From: Sphagnum compactum
Lineage: Eukaryota
Direction of reading: 5' to 3'
DNA length: 64,000 bases
Assembly: GCA_965153455.1 (NCBI GenBank)
Contig: OZ234493.1
Span: 868,001-932,000 of the forward strand
The stretch's first letter is position 1, and each line of letters begins with the position of its first letter. This document shows positions 50,881 through 64,000 of the stretch, piece by piece. Below the pieces are notes generated by a model, which was not told the DNA's origin, ran no database searches, and saw only the letters and a list, made by a program, of their open reading frames with translations. A program made the position numbers and the translations under genes.

Positions 50881-53800
50881 TTGAAATCGAGGTGCACACA
50901 ACTATCCTCACCCTTTTTCCACGAACAATAGTAAAAGAAGTAATGGTAGAATACCAACCCCACACTCTTGTACTTTTTCAACACTACTTTCTAGTAGTTC
51001 TAGAAATGGAATTAGTTATTCCAACTGACTCCCCCCTATTTTAAAACTAGAACCAAAAGGCGGGTCAAATTGAATGGATATCAAATTCAATTTCCTATAC
51101 ATTCACACAACCAACGTACATAGCTGGTGGGGGAAGGTTTTCTAGCCATCACAAGATGGAGGATGGTAGGTAGTAGATAGCAAAAGGAACATTCACCTAT
51201 GCCCTTTTAACATTTAATGCACACTTAGTTATTGGTGGAAAATGATTTTTTGAAATTTCAAGACTACCTAGGCAAAATTACTAGGACATAGTATAGGGTA
51301 GAATAGGGATAATGTTAAGGGTAAAAATTCCACATATATTAATTAATCCTATGAGCATCTTAGTAACTACATCACAAACTTGAAATTATTTTATCCTACT
51401 TATACATGCATCATATGTGTTTTAGATGCATGACATCTATGTGCAAAAAATATGAATCGGTGTAATAATAGATTCTATGTGATTTTTGAATGAACCAATG
51501 AAGTTAGTAAGCTTGCAATGTAAATAGTTATTAGTGGTAGATTATTTATTGTCCTCTAGTTATCTTGAGGATAAAACCTTAGATTAGTTGGTTGATAGGA
51601 ATGGTGATTAATATTTGTTTACTAATCACTTGGAGGGATTTGTGAATGGATCAAAATAAAAGGGACTTATTTTGCTGGGAGTAATGTGTGCCTTGTGTGG
51701 TCTCATGAAATGGGGATTTGGAGATGGATTGTATGAAAAACTTTGGAGGAATACAAGAGAGGAATGTGATATGAAAGAAAATAATACAAATGTTGTGTAG
51801 AGGTTGTAGAACTTGTGTGTATCATGCAATATCCTAGTGTTTGTTTTTCTATTTTCACCTTACTTGTTAAAACGATGATAATCTCTTATAATTTGATGTA
51901 TGATATTGTAATTATGATATTAATTTATTATCTTGCTTGTGTTACACCTCAAACTGGCTCTTTAGAATATGGAAACTTGCTAGAAAATAACTATTGCAAA
52001 GCATTGAAGAAGTCTACATGTTGTTTCGTGGAAGGTAGTAGCTCACTACAAGCAGGGCAGCTAGGTGAAAGGCATTGGTTTGCTGGTTTATTGGACTAGA
52101 AGCTTGCAAATGTACCCAAGAAGTGGGGCTAGAAAGAAGGTACTCTCTGGCCCTTTTTCAAGGACAACTGAAAATTCCATTTTTTCTCTATTTTTGCTTT
52201 ATTTTCCTGATTATATGTTGGAAGGCAGAGCTGCCTGCCCATGACAATCATTGAAAACTGCCCTTCCCCTTGGAATTTTTGAGATTTTCACCCAATATCC
52301 CTTCTCCAAGTTCTACTTTTTGAGCCACGGGTCCATGGTCTTATAGGGCAAAACAATTCAAAAGAAGACACGAAATAGGTATGTATGTGAGATTAGGTGG
52401 GGGTGAAAGGAAAGAATTCAAAAGTGAAATCATCAGTGCACCATCCATCCGGATTGGTGGACTGATGGGCGCCAGTTCACTTCTGGCCCTCACATAAAAT
52501 CTTCTGACATTGTTAGCAAAGAGTTTGTTTTTTTCGCAAGTGCGCTTCCCATTCAAGGCTTGGACAAAATGTTGGATTTGACAAAATGTTGCCTTTCACA
52601 TGTGAAGAAGGGTCCCACAATCGTTTGCCCTTCTTTGGAAGGACTAGACGCCATTGAAGGGCATTGAAGGCATCAAATTTAAGGCTTGGGAGGACTCCCA
52701 GTCTCGCACTACACCAATCAGTGTTTTCTATAAGGATTCTGACAAGTAGCTTTAATGGCCACTGTGTGCCACATCTAATAACATACCAGGACACCTGTAC
52801 CTTTGTCTACTCGAAAACAATGCTGGATATAATAACAGTTTTGAAGTTGAGACGAGCTATCTAGCCCACCACCAGGGTCAACCAGCACCTACAGTGCTAC
52901 CTTCACCTTTGTGTGTGAGGCCTCATAGTGTATATAGGGTAAGGTCCTAAGAAGAGGGCATCACTGGAGTAAGGTCCTGCACAATTTTGTTTTGGAGCTA
53001 AACTCTGCTCTCTCCTTGAGGAGGCCCTTGCTCCAGTATTTCCCTCATCCTAGGGCCCTGCCCATTCTACAAAAGACGCGGATGAGCAGGAACAAACAAG
53101 ACACAAGTAGAATCAGTGGCTGAGACAAGCTTGTATGCAGTTTCAAACAGTGGGAGTTTCAAAACCTGGTTTCGGTCCCTTTGGGAGGACCATGATTGTG
53201 TCTATGGAATCTTCATTTATAATGCCTAGAGACAGCGTTTTACTGTGGTACCAGTGTAAGTGCTGGACCCTGGTTCACCCAAGGCATCTCTTACTTATCC
53301 AGCACTTTCAAAACCTTTGAAGTGAAGTATTTAATGCTCACCAGTCCCATTTCATGAGAGAAGTCTACTGATATTTTGCCACTAATAAATAGTCGGTGCT
53401 GGTTCAAGACCTTGATCTGAGAGTCGTAGGGGCATGGTCCAGACTCCAGAGTGAGATTATGAATGTGACCAGGAAATCATTGTCTGTAATGGCCCCACTG
53501 GCCGTGATTTAGCCAAACGATGTGCCTTAGAAATGCACGGGAAATAAGCAGCTCATCGCTTAATGACTCTGCCCTTTAAGGCAGGTCCAAACTTCAAAAT
53601 AAAACCTTCACTTACTCAATGTAGAACTTCTGATCTACATACATAAAACTTCTATGGAAGCGGCCCATCCATCATATGCTAACATATACTCTAAGTGTCA
53701 CTCCTACATCGGGTCAAGTTCCAGCAAAATTTCCATGCCCAAATCTTACACCAATGCCTAGTCTCTTCCCTGTCTCTTCCCTATGGACAGAGCTGATAAA

Positions 53801-54020
53801 CACGCAAGTTTTTCTACTGGCTAAAGAAATTTGATATGGCCAGAAATGAGGCCAGGGTAAACCAGCGCCTTCACCTTATGAGTGAGGCTTTGTAGTGGCT
53901 TCTCCATGGAGAAAAGCAGTCATGGACCAGACACAACCACAAAATTGGGAAACGGGGCTTCAAGGGGTAGTGGCGAAAGTCTTCGAAAGCCCTGTACTAG
54001 GAAACAGAAGGAAACACCTA

Positions 54021-54270
54021 TACTTACTTACTTACTTACAATTTAGCGTCATTAAGTGGGCCAAAAGCGCCCGGGCCAGAGAAACCCAATGGACGTTAAG
54101 TCTGACGAAGCAATTCAGATCTAACCGTCTGACAGTGCACTAAGAATCTAGCAAGGATGCCTTTCTGCTGACAGCTCAGCAATTCAGCCAAAGGTGTGAT
54201 GGCAGTTAGGGGCAATGAACCTCTAAACCTCTCTCGAACACTTTGATAGGCAGGGCAAACCAACGAGGCA
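54021..54270 (-). mobile_element. 5'-truncated LINE 3' end with a (TAAG)n tail (RTEX-like)
   Basis: LVCPAYQSVRERF..LARFLVHCQTVRSELL* resembles an ORF2 C-terminus. A short 3' UTR and tacttacttacttactta on the + strand follow. Confidence 0.65.
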
Positions 54271-55243
54271 TTTGCAGTATAGTGAGACAGGCTTACCATT
54301 AAGGTCATCAACTGGTACAGAAGGGTCAACCTTGGTATGAAGTACAGGTATGAGTTTGGGTATGAAAAACTTTAATACCTAGGTGATACTTATACTAGGG
54401 TTAGTATGTCTTCAGAGTTTAGGGTTCTGATACTAGACTGGCCTAGGTATGAAAGTGTGAACTATTGCACACATGTTTGTTACAATCAACATCCAACTAT
54501 AAAATTGAATCGTTATTTTCCAAGTTTCCTCTACTACTATGCAAGCTAAAATACCATTTGACTTGACATAGGAAATTCTTTGTGATGTCATGGATATTTG
54601 AACACCAATTGTGAAGCAATATGTTTTGAACTAGATTGGAGGGTATTGCCGAGTCTTGTATGATGCACACTACATGCCACCATTGGCATCAATATGTATC
54701 CCAAAGTTTTTTATGCACATATAGACAAAAATATCTTGTTGTTTTTTAATACATGATAAAAAGGCAATGATTCCTTTATTTGTCAAAGTTAATCAATTTT
54801 TGAACCATGTTGTTGCCAACAATGCACTACCAAGTTACATATTTTTTTACAATTTCCTTTTTTGATGATCCAACATTTGCTTTAACAGTTAGTGAATCTT
54901 TAATTGTGTCTAAGCTTGAAATGTTATGTGGGTTGTTGTTTTTGGAGTGGAGGTTATCAAACCCCTAACTTGGTGGAAGGACCATACAATGAAGTTCCAA
55001 ATGTGTGTTTCTAGGATTGGTTGATTTAGGACATATTATGGGGATCCCAAATTGAGATCAAATGATTTTTATTTGTTTTAAGCCTAGCCACAGGGTTGTG
55101 AGATGTGCTTCAAAATTACTAACATTGATGCGCTAGTCATGATTAATAAAAACTAAACAAATGATCCAAGAGAGGTTTGTTCTTTTGTAACTTCTAATCT
55201 GCAAAAATAAAGTATTAGATGAACACGAAGAGGACTTAGGAGA

Positions 55244-56064
55244 TGTCGCAACCCCACTTTGCCCAAGTGTGGGGGTGAAGCCCAACACTTGGAAAAGTTG
55301 GAGGTTTGGAGTCCTCCGGGACTCCCGAATGTTCAGAACTCGACAGCAAGGGGCAAAACACCTCGCATTGGGGTGTTCTTGGTGTCATTGAAAAGGTCTT
55401 GAAACTTAGATATCGAAAATGGCCTCGCATTGGCCATTTGGACATCTGCAGCCCAAGTTATGGGCAAAAGAAGGGCCGGGAGTCAAACTAGCAATTTGAC
55501 TCCCGACCACTAAAAGTCGGGAATCGACCTCTTTTCGATGTCCGATTCAGGAGTGCAACATGGCGTTGGAAAGATCTCGACGAGGGCTACAACTTTGGTT
55601 CAGACCTCGTTGTGATCGGACTCTGCAGTCGAGAGTTATGGCCGTTCAAAGTTCTGAGAGTCCCGCCGAGACAATTTCGGGACTCCATTTCGGGAGTCCG
55701 GGGAATTTGTGCCATTTGGATGTAGCCTCCATGGCGAGCTGCAGAGAATACTATAGGGAGTAAGGTGGTGGCTTACTCCCGAGTCCGGGCCGTGGTGAGT
55801 CTTGTGTGTCCAAGTGCCCGTGCCTTGTCCCAACATCCAAGGGTGTCCCGAATGCTAAACTAACCTCCTATGGTTAGTTTTTGGATGCAGATTCAAGCTT
55901 GATCATTTAGTCCCTCTTCTTAGTCTAATCCCGGGGCTTCCAACTCGACCCTCTACCCCTTTCTAGAGTTGGAAGTCGGGAGCGTGCCTTGTGGTCCCAA
56001 CTTTCCGCAACTTCACATTGGTGAACCCTCAAGTGGGTTCACCCCGGGACCAAGGAGCGCGTCA
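55244..56064 (+). repeat. 5' LTR
   Basis: tgtcgcaacc..gcgcgtca; about 26 mismatches to the 3' LTR counted by eye. Confidence 0.97.
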
Positions 56065-56066
56065 CG

Positions 56067-56078
56067 TGGTATCAGAGC
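56067..56078 (+). promoter_or_regulatory. Primer-binding site complementary to the 3' end of tRNA-iMet
   Basis: TGGTATCAGAGC, 2 nt after the 5' LTR. Confidence 0.95.
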
Positions 56079-56107
56079 TCAAGGTGAAGCTCAATGACAT
56101 TTTTGGG

Positions 56108-59100
56108 ATGGCACCCAAGAAGAACCGGAAGCTAGCCCCAGAGCCTAGGTCCGAGGAGCCCGTCGATGACCTAGTAGCCCCGCCCGAATCAATTGGGGAG
56201 GAACCAAACTTCCGGGAGGACCAAGATGAGCCCGAGGTTGAACCCGAAAGTGAAGAGGAACAACGGAGCTCGGTCCTATTCACCCCGGAGCAACTTGAAG
56301 TCCTCCTCAAGATGAATAGGCCCGACTTTGGTGAGTTGGTGGCGGCCCTCAAAACGGGGACCTCCAAAGGTGAAAGGTTTCAACCAGCGAAGCCCGGGAA
56401 TTTCGATGGTGCCCGAGACCGTAAGGTGGTGGATGCTTGGCTTGCGGAAATGGACGATTATATCCATGCCGCCAAGGTTGGACGGAATTCTGCCGTGGAG
56501 CTTGCCCAATCCTACTTGAAAGGCTACGCCGCCACATGGTGGCGGACGGTAAGACAAGAGGAGGGCAAGAACCATGGCTACACGTGGGAGTTCTTTAAGG
56601 AGCGCCTTGAGTCGGAGTTTGTTCCGAGGAACTCCGACTACATCTCGAGGTGCAAGCTCCGAGATCTTGTGAATGCCACAAATGAGAATTTGAGGCAATA
56701 TGTGAGGGCTTATTCCGAGCTCATGTTGGAGATCCGGCACATGCACGAGTTGGATCGTGTGTGCCAATTTGTGATGGGGCTTCCAACTTGGGCCAAGCGG
56801 AAGCTTAAGGAGAGTTGGCCCGCCTCATTATCCGAGGCTATCACGAAAGTGGAGAACTTCTCGGATGTGGGACGGAGCGACAAATCCGGGTTCAAGAAGG
56901 ACAACAAGTTTCTTCACAAAAAGCCAAAGCATGAGGGGGAATGGAACCGAGGGCAAGGTAGCCCAACCAAGGATAAGCCAAAACAATTCCAAGGCTCGGG
57001 GTTCAAGCCAAAAGGTAGCTTCGTGAAAAAAGGGGCTCCTTTCAAAGGGAGCCAAACCAAGGGAGACTTTGGAGCAAAGCCCAAGGGTGCATGTTTCAAT
57101 TGCAACGAGGTGGGGCATTACTCCAAAGATTGTCCCAAATCCAAAACGGGGGTTGGGAGCTCTAAGGTACTTGCTCTCAATGCCACTTTAGCCCAACCGG
57201 AATGCAATCAACTTATATTCTTGAAAGGGAAGATTGCTAAACGGGAAATCTTATGTCTTTTGGACACAGGGGCCTCCCACAACTTCATAACTCGGGAGAG
57301 CGCCGAAAGGATGGAGCCCCACTTGGAGGAGCTCAAGGCACCCATTGAGGTGCATTTCGCGGATGGGGTTCCCCATCCAACTACACTACAAGCAAAGGGA
57401 GTGCCTCTCCAATTGGGAAATTGGAGAGGAAAGGTGGACTTGTTGGTTTCCACCTTGGGTGGAATGGATTGCGTTCTCGGAATGGAGTTCATCACCCAAA
57501 ACAATGTGCTCATAGAAGAGCACAATAGGTTGGTTAGAATCCCATCTAAAAGTGGGATTGTGCGAGTTAAGGCACATGAGTTGCCTTGTATGGGTGGTTC
57601 AACCATCCACTTCATGTTAGGAAAAGCTTGGGAAAGAGAATGCGTAGGGGGTTTCGGCATGATGTGTGTCATGCGGGTGTTGGACGAATATGAGCCCAAG
57701 GAAGCCACCAAGTTGGTGACTTCCGCCAAGTGCATAAAGCAAGTCTTACAAGAGTTCCCGGATGTGATGCCCGAAGAGTTGCCCGAAGACTTGCCCCCGA
57801 GAAGACGAGTTGATCATGCGATTGAAGTGATACCGGGAGTGGAACCGCCCGCCAAGGCCCCATATAGAATGAGCCACGAGGAGTTGAAAGAACTCAAGGT
57901 TCAACTTGAGGACCTCCTTGCGAAAGGTTACATCAAACCAAGCAAGTCACCATATGGGGCACCCGTCCTTTTTGTTCACAAGAAGGATGGGACTTTGAGG
58001 ATGTGTGTGGATTATAGAGCACTCAATAAGGCAACGGTGAAAAACCGTTATCCTTTACCTCGCATCGATGATCTATTTGATCGTCTTTCGGGAGCCAAAG
58101 TTTTTAGTAGAATTGATCTACGTTTGGGGTATTACCAAATAAGGATCGCGGAAGGGGACGAAGAAAAGACCGCTTGTCGCACAAGGTATGGGTCATATGA
58201 GTTCTTGGTGATGCCCTTTGGGCTCACCAATGCACCCGCAACATTTTGCACCCTCATGAATGACATTTTCCGCGAATGGCTTGATGATTTTGTGGTCGTC
58301 TACATAGACGACATTTTGATTTATAGTAGCTCCATGGAGGAGCATGCGGAGCACCTTCGCAAGGTGTTCCAAAGGCTAAGGGAAAACAAGTTGTATGCCA
58401 AGCTCGAGAAGTGCGAATTTGGGGTGACGGAAGTGGATTTCCTTGGGCATAGGATAACTCAAGAAGGGTTGATGATGGATAATCACAAGGTCAAGGCGAT
58501 TTTGGATTGGGAGCCGCCTAACTCGGTTCCCGCCTTGAGATCCTTTTTAGGATTGGCTTCCTATTATCGCAAGTTCATAAAAAACTTTGCGAGAATAGCG
58601 GCTCCTTTGACAAACCTCTTGAAAAAGTCCGCCGTCACTTATGAGTGGGATGAAGCATGCGACGAAGCCTTTGGAACGTTGAAGGGCATTTTGGTGAAGG
58701 CGCCGGTGTTGAAGTTGCCCGACTTTGACAAGGAGTTTGAAATCCATTCCGACGCCTCCGACTTTGCAATTGGGGGTGTCATAGTGCAAGATGGAAGACC
58801 GGTGGCTTTTGAAAGCAAGAAGTTGAGTGAGACGGAGCGAAGGTGGCCAACTCACGAGAAGGAAATGTGGGCGGTCATACATTGTCTCAAGACTTGGGGC
58901 CATTACATAGGCTCCAAAGACGTGGTGGTGTGGACCGACAATGTAACCTTGAAGTACTTCGCAACTCAACCCAAGTTGTCATCAAAACAACAAAGGTGGC
59001 AAGACACATTGGCCTTGTTCAATGTGGACATCCGGCACAAGCCGGGAAAGGAGAACATAGTCCCCGATGCTTTGAGCCGTAAACACCAACTTACAGTGGT

Positions 59101-60589
59101 GTATGTTGGAGAGTCGGAACTTTAAAAGGAAGTTAGATTAGCAAACCGCCGGGATGCTTTTGCCAAGGAGGCAAGGCGAAGCATCCAAAATGGAGCTAAG
59201 TCCCATTTCCATTTGAAAAATGGATTGTTGTGGTACAAGCAAAACCGACTCTATGTGCCGGAAGGAAAAATTAGGGACACACTTTTGAAGGAATGTCATG
59301 ATGGGCCACTTGCGGGCCATGGTGGTGCAAAGCGCACCACAACATTCCTAAAGAAGTCCTACTATTGGCCCAACTTGAAGGATGATGCGGAGGAGTACGT
59401 GAAGACTTGTTTAACTTGTCAACAAAACCGGACCCTCAAGAAGAAGCAAGCGGGTTTGTTGCAACCTTTGCCAATTTCCGAAGGGCCGTGGGAAAGTGTG
59501 TCAATGGACTTTATGGTAAGTTTGCCCCCTTCAAAGGGGTTCGATGCCATCATGGTTGTGGTGGATCGATTTAGCAAAATGGCACATTTCATTCCCACAA
59601 AGGATGAAGCCACGGCTCAAGAGACGGGGAGGTTGTTCTTCTCCCACATTTTCAAGCATCATGGCCTCCCGAAGGACATAGTGTCGGATCGGGACCCAAA
59701 GTTCATGAGTAAGTTTTGGAAGGCATTATGGAAGCGAATGGGGTCGGAACTCAAGATGAGCACTTCATTCCGCCCCCAAACCGATGGACAAACCGAGAGG
59801 GTGAACTTGGTGATCCAACAATTCCTAAGGAATTATGTGGCGGCGGATCAACAAGATTGGGTGGATCATTTGGAGTTAGCCGAGTTTTGTTACAACAACT
59901 CGGTACACTCCGCAACGGGATCCACCCCATTCCAAATGGTGACGGGCAAGTCACCAATTGTGCCCATGACTTGGGCCGCACAAGGACAACCTTCGATTGA
60001 TGTAAGTGAGGAAGTGCCAATGGTCACACAACTTGATGAAGAAAGAAAGCGCTTGTGGGAGTTGGCAAAAGCCAACTTGGAAAAGGCGCACAAAAGGTAC
60101 AAGGATTTTGCGGACAAGTCCCGACGAGTGGTGAAGTTTCAAGAAGGAGACGAGGTGTGGTTGAACATCAAGAATTTCCGGTTGCCCGAAGGGTTAAGTC
60201 ATAAATTTATGGGCCCATATGCGGGTCCATTCAAAGTGTAGGAAAAGAAACTTTCCGACACTTATAAGTTAGAATTACCGGAAAATCTTAGAGTTCATCC
60301 CACATTTCATGTTTCCCTTTTGAAGCCGGTCTCCCGCGACACCTCAAGGCCTAATAGAGAGCATCATTCAAGGCCTCCACCGGATTTGGTTCATAATGAA
60401 CCAGAGTTTGAGGTAGAGGCCGTGCTCAAATCGAGGCAACTTAGAGGGCGAGAGCGGGAATACTTAATTAAGTGGAAAGGTTACCATGCAATAGAGGCTT
60501 CTTGGGTGAATGAATCCGACATGGAACATGCCCAAGAAGCCATAGAAGAATTCCACACTAGACCGGCAAAGAAGAGACGTAGAGCGTGA
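56108..60589 (+). pseudogene. gag-pol polyprotein (Gag-CCHC, protease, RT, RNase H, integrase, chromodomain) with two in-frame stops
   Basis: The three track ORFs share one frame. Motifs: [36 protein letters not shown] integrase, GPY-GPF, and chromodomain FEVEAVL..EYLIKWKGY..SW. Stops are TAA 59123-59125 and TAG 60239-60241. Confidence 0.95.
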
Positions 60590-61356
60590 TGAGGACATCA
60601 CCTTTCTTGTAGAGGGGGAGAGTTTCATAAAATGTACCACATCAAGTTGCAAGTGAAATAAAAAGGGCTTTAAAACTTCCAAGAGATTGTATCATGAAAA
60701 ATTTGTTAAGGCAAATAGGGTTGTGGCACGGACAAATGGAACTTTCTTGCGTAGGCCCAAATCAAAATCGGACTCCTACATTGGGGTTGAGGAAACTTGG
60801 CCCCAAAGGAAGAGGCAAGCAAGGTGAGCTTGCGGGGACATGCACATGCCTTAAGTGCATCCCGAAGGGTTGGTTGGTAGTGTGGCCAACGCGGGAAGTC
60901 ATGACCCCGCTCACATACTCTAAATGTAGTTTGGGACTTGGGTTTGGCAAACCTAAATGTTCTTTCTCGTACCTTGATAAGCAAATCTTTTAGTTAAGAC
61001 TTGGTTGTTGTGACCAAGGCGCGAGATAGGGAAAGGAGTCATGTCAAGTAGCTTAGGTCAAGAGTAGACTTGACTTAAGTCCTCATGAAGGGAAGGATGG
61101 AAAAAGGTTCTTCCCAAATGAGGGCTTCGTCAATTAGGCTAGTTTAGTCTTTTGACGAAGCAAAGAAAGAGGGTTCCCTACAAGACCCTCTTGGACTTGT
61201 CAAGAAAGTGTTGGAATCTTGGGGACGCCTAAGTTAGCTTGAGACAAGGTCCAAGCCGCAAAGAGTCGGCAAATGGCCAAGGATCCAAAAGAAAGCAATT
61301 GCAATTGTATGAAGGAAAATTCTAAGTGTCAATGATGACAGTGACCTCTTTCTTCT

Positions 61357-61368
61357 AGTGGGGGAGAG
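61357..61368 (+). promoter_or_regulatory. Polypurine tract
   Basis: AGTGGGGGAGAG immediately before the 3' LTR. Confidence 0.9.
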
Positions 61369-62189
61369 TGTCGCAACCCCACTTTGCCCAAGTGTGGGGG
61401 TGAAGCCCAACACTTGGAAAAGTTGGAGGTTTGGAGTCCTCCGGGACTCCCAAATGTTCAGAGCTTGACAGCAAGGGGCAAAACACCTCGCATTGGGGTG
61501 TTCTTAAAGTCATTGAAAAGGTCTTGAAACTTAGATATCGAAAATGGCCTCGCATTGGCCATTTGGACATCTGCAGCCCAAGTTATGGGCAAAAGAAGGG
61601 CCGGGAGTCAAATTGGCAGTTTGACTCCCGACCACTAAAAGTCGGGAATCGACCTCTTTCCGATGTCCGATTCGGGAGTGCGACATGGCGTTGGAAAGAT
61701 CTCGACGAGGGCTACAACTTTGGTTTAGACCTCGTTGTGATCGGACTTTGCAGTTGAGAGTTATGGCCGTTCAAAGTTCCGAGAGTCCCGCCAGGACAAT
61801 TTCGGGACTCCATTTCGGGAGTCTGGGGAATTTGTGCCATTTGGATGTAGCCTCCATGGCGAGCTGCAGAGAATACTATAGGGAGTAAGGTGGTGGCTTA
61901 CTCCCGAGTCCGGGCCGTTGTGAGTCTTGTGTGTCCAAGTGCCCGTGGCTTGTCCCAACACCCAAGGGTGTCCCGAATGCTAAACTAACCTCCTGTGGTT
62001 GGTTTTTGGATGCAGATTCAAGCTTGATCATTTAGTCCCTCTTCTTAGTCTAATCCCGGGGCTTCCAACTCGACCCTCTACCCCTTTCTAGAGTTGGAAG
62101 TCGGGAGCGTGCCTTGTGGTCCCAACTTTCCGCAATTTCACATTGGTGAACCCTCAAGTGGGTTCACCCCGGGACCGAGGAGCGCGTCA
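61369..62189 (+). repeat. 3' LTR
   Basis: Direct repeat of 55244-56064. Confidence 0.97.
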
Positions 62190-64000
62190 GGAGAGGTGAA
62201 CTATTTTCAAGAGGAGTAAGTTGATGCACTTGCATTCAAGACCTTAATGTCCATGTTGTTTTATGCATGAAAGTTGCAAATGAGAATTTTGGTTCAAACT
62301 TAAGACATTTGTCTTTCACTCTATCTTTTTCGTTGTAGGTTAATGTTTGTTTGTTTATAAGACCTTAAGATATTTGTCATGAAATGACTTGGTTATGTGC
62401 ATGAAGCTAGCAAACTAGAGTTTTGATTTAGATTTCAAACATTTGTTTTTCATTTTATATTTGTCATGGTGATTCAATTTTCTCAAACTTTAAACCTTGA
62501 GACACTTGTCATGGAGTTGATTATGTGCATGATACTAGTAAATTAAAGTTGTAATTCAGATTCTAGACTTTTGACATTTGACTGTCACTTTGTACTAGTG
62601 TAGCCTGTGCCATTGACCCAACTGTGAACTAGTTACTCAACTAATGTTTCCTTGCAAATCCATTTTTGGTAATTTAATTGAATTTCCAATGACAATACTT
62701 ACTCAGAATTCAATATCTCCCACACCTCATGGCTAAAAATTTCCAAATCACCTTCATGAAGTCCTTCTCATCAAGGGTTTTCCTAAAATACCAAAAGTTC
62801 ACTGAAACTCCCTAATATATTTTAGTTTGATTTAAATGAATTTTTAATGAAAATATTGCTCAATATTCAATAATTTCTCCAATGTAGGTTGAAACATTAT
62901 GAAACTAACTTGGTGCACCCAACTTAATCAAGGTTTTCCAACAATACCAAGATATGGCAAGAGGCACCATGAATAGATGCTTGATGTTATTTTTAAAAAA
63001 AAATCAAGTGAGAAGGAAAACCTAAGTAACTAACATCTAATTACTCTTTTAAATGTTTCTTAGAATTTTTTTATTAAGGCCTTATAGTCGCACTACAACC
63101 AATTCTTAGGGAGGTGATTGATGCAAATCAATTTGCTTTTCTCCATAAACCTAGCATCTTTTTTATCTCACTGCTTGGACACATCTTTCTAATTTAGCTA
63201 GAAATTTTGTGTGAGCATTGGACTCCATAATTTGGTTACATTCATTTTGAGAACTTCTTTCAACTTGAGTAATTCTTTCCCTAATTTAATGTTGTATCTT
63301 GCCATTTTTATTTGTCTTTTTCACCTCCAATACCTAGGGTCAAACATTCAAAATAGTTTTTTGCACAATCAAAAAGTTTTAGCCTACCTTGGGCGTTAAC
63401 CCCCAAAAGGGAGTTGAGATCCCAATTATGGTGGTGGGGTGAACAGGTAGCACTGTTGAAATACAACACTAAACGAGGGAGGCAAATATTGAACCAGAAA
63501 AAGCACTCATTTGGAACGCATCCAAAAAATGGCAAGAAGCCTTTGCCATTAACACATGGAAAGTTAAACTTGACCATAATATTCAAATTGAGTGTCTTTC
63601 CTAAGAGAAAACATGCCAAAAAAAAAGCCAAAAAAATATCCTTCAATATTACAATCTTTTATTTTTAAAACGACCTTAACAAAGTAAATTAAAAACTTTT
63701 TCAAATATCATTATGAAACCGTTAAGCATTTTATTAACTTTATAATAAGTTGCATATCAAGTTTCAAAAAATTTAATGTAAAAAATATGTAACAAATACA
63801 TTTTAAACTAGCCATGTAAAATGTGATAGAACATAGGGGCAGTTTACACTAGAGGGCTTGGGCTTGGGACCACACAAATTTAAAATCCCTCATTAGTCCA
63901 AACTATGAAGGGTGGTTAGTTTGGGTTTATACTAGGGTGAAGTAGGGCCCAAGCCCAAGCCAATGACTTTGGATGAAAAAACTTGTTGGAATATTACATT

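Larger units (their letters stand above)
55244..62189 (+). mobile_element. Full-length Ty3/Gypsy chromovirus LTR retrotransposon
   Basis: LTRs at 55244-56064 and 61369-62189 (821 bp each, TG..CA). GGAGA TSD at 55239-55243 and 62190-62194. PBS, PPT and gag-PR-RT-RH-IN-chromodomain order are present. Confidence 0.98.

Noticed and set aside
55991-56107. N-terminal extension of the 1044-aa ORF
   Set aside because: It starts at a GTG inside the LTR and crosses the PBS; ATG 56108 is the plausible gag start.
60694-60993. Possible env-like or extra ORF
   Set aside because: Only 99 aa, with no transmembrane segment or recognisable motif.

Overview
AT-rich eukaryotic (land-plant) genomic DNA, most likely a moss. 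The organism is inferred from a CYP701B-like P450, a chromovirus and an RTEX-like LINE. I see no clearly intact host gene; the window is mostly transposons and pseudogenes. Left to right: (1) ~2.9-7.1 kb, a same-strand chain of intron-containing host gene fragments (proteasome RPT2, an LRR-RLK exon, RPA70, BSU1/BSL phosphatase). (2) 8.0-18.7 kb, the right arm of a CACTA/En-Spm element with a 7-exon TnpA-like gene, an 8-unit subterminal array punctuated by (CCCTAA)n, and a TIR ending at 18698. Intron 2 of the TnpA-like gene hides two diverged GIY-YIG endonuclease modules that the ORF track misses. (3) 19-34 kb, decayed repeats and an L1 ORF1 relic. (4) An orphan heme-binding exon of CYP701 at 34.6 kb. 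(5) The 3' half of a TNL-type NLR on the minus strand (LRR, C-JID-like region, and an in-frame ZZ zinc-finger exon), cut off by a 3'-truncated LINE. (6) A Tourist MITE and a CYP701 (ent-kaurene oxidase) pseudogene interrupted by a solo LTR. (7) Gag, SWIM and LINE 3'-end relics. (8) A full-length Ty3/Gypsy chromovirus at 55244-62189 with 821-bp LTRs, a GGAGA TSD and two nonsense codons. All protein identifications are by eye from recalled family motifs; no searches were run.
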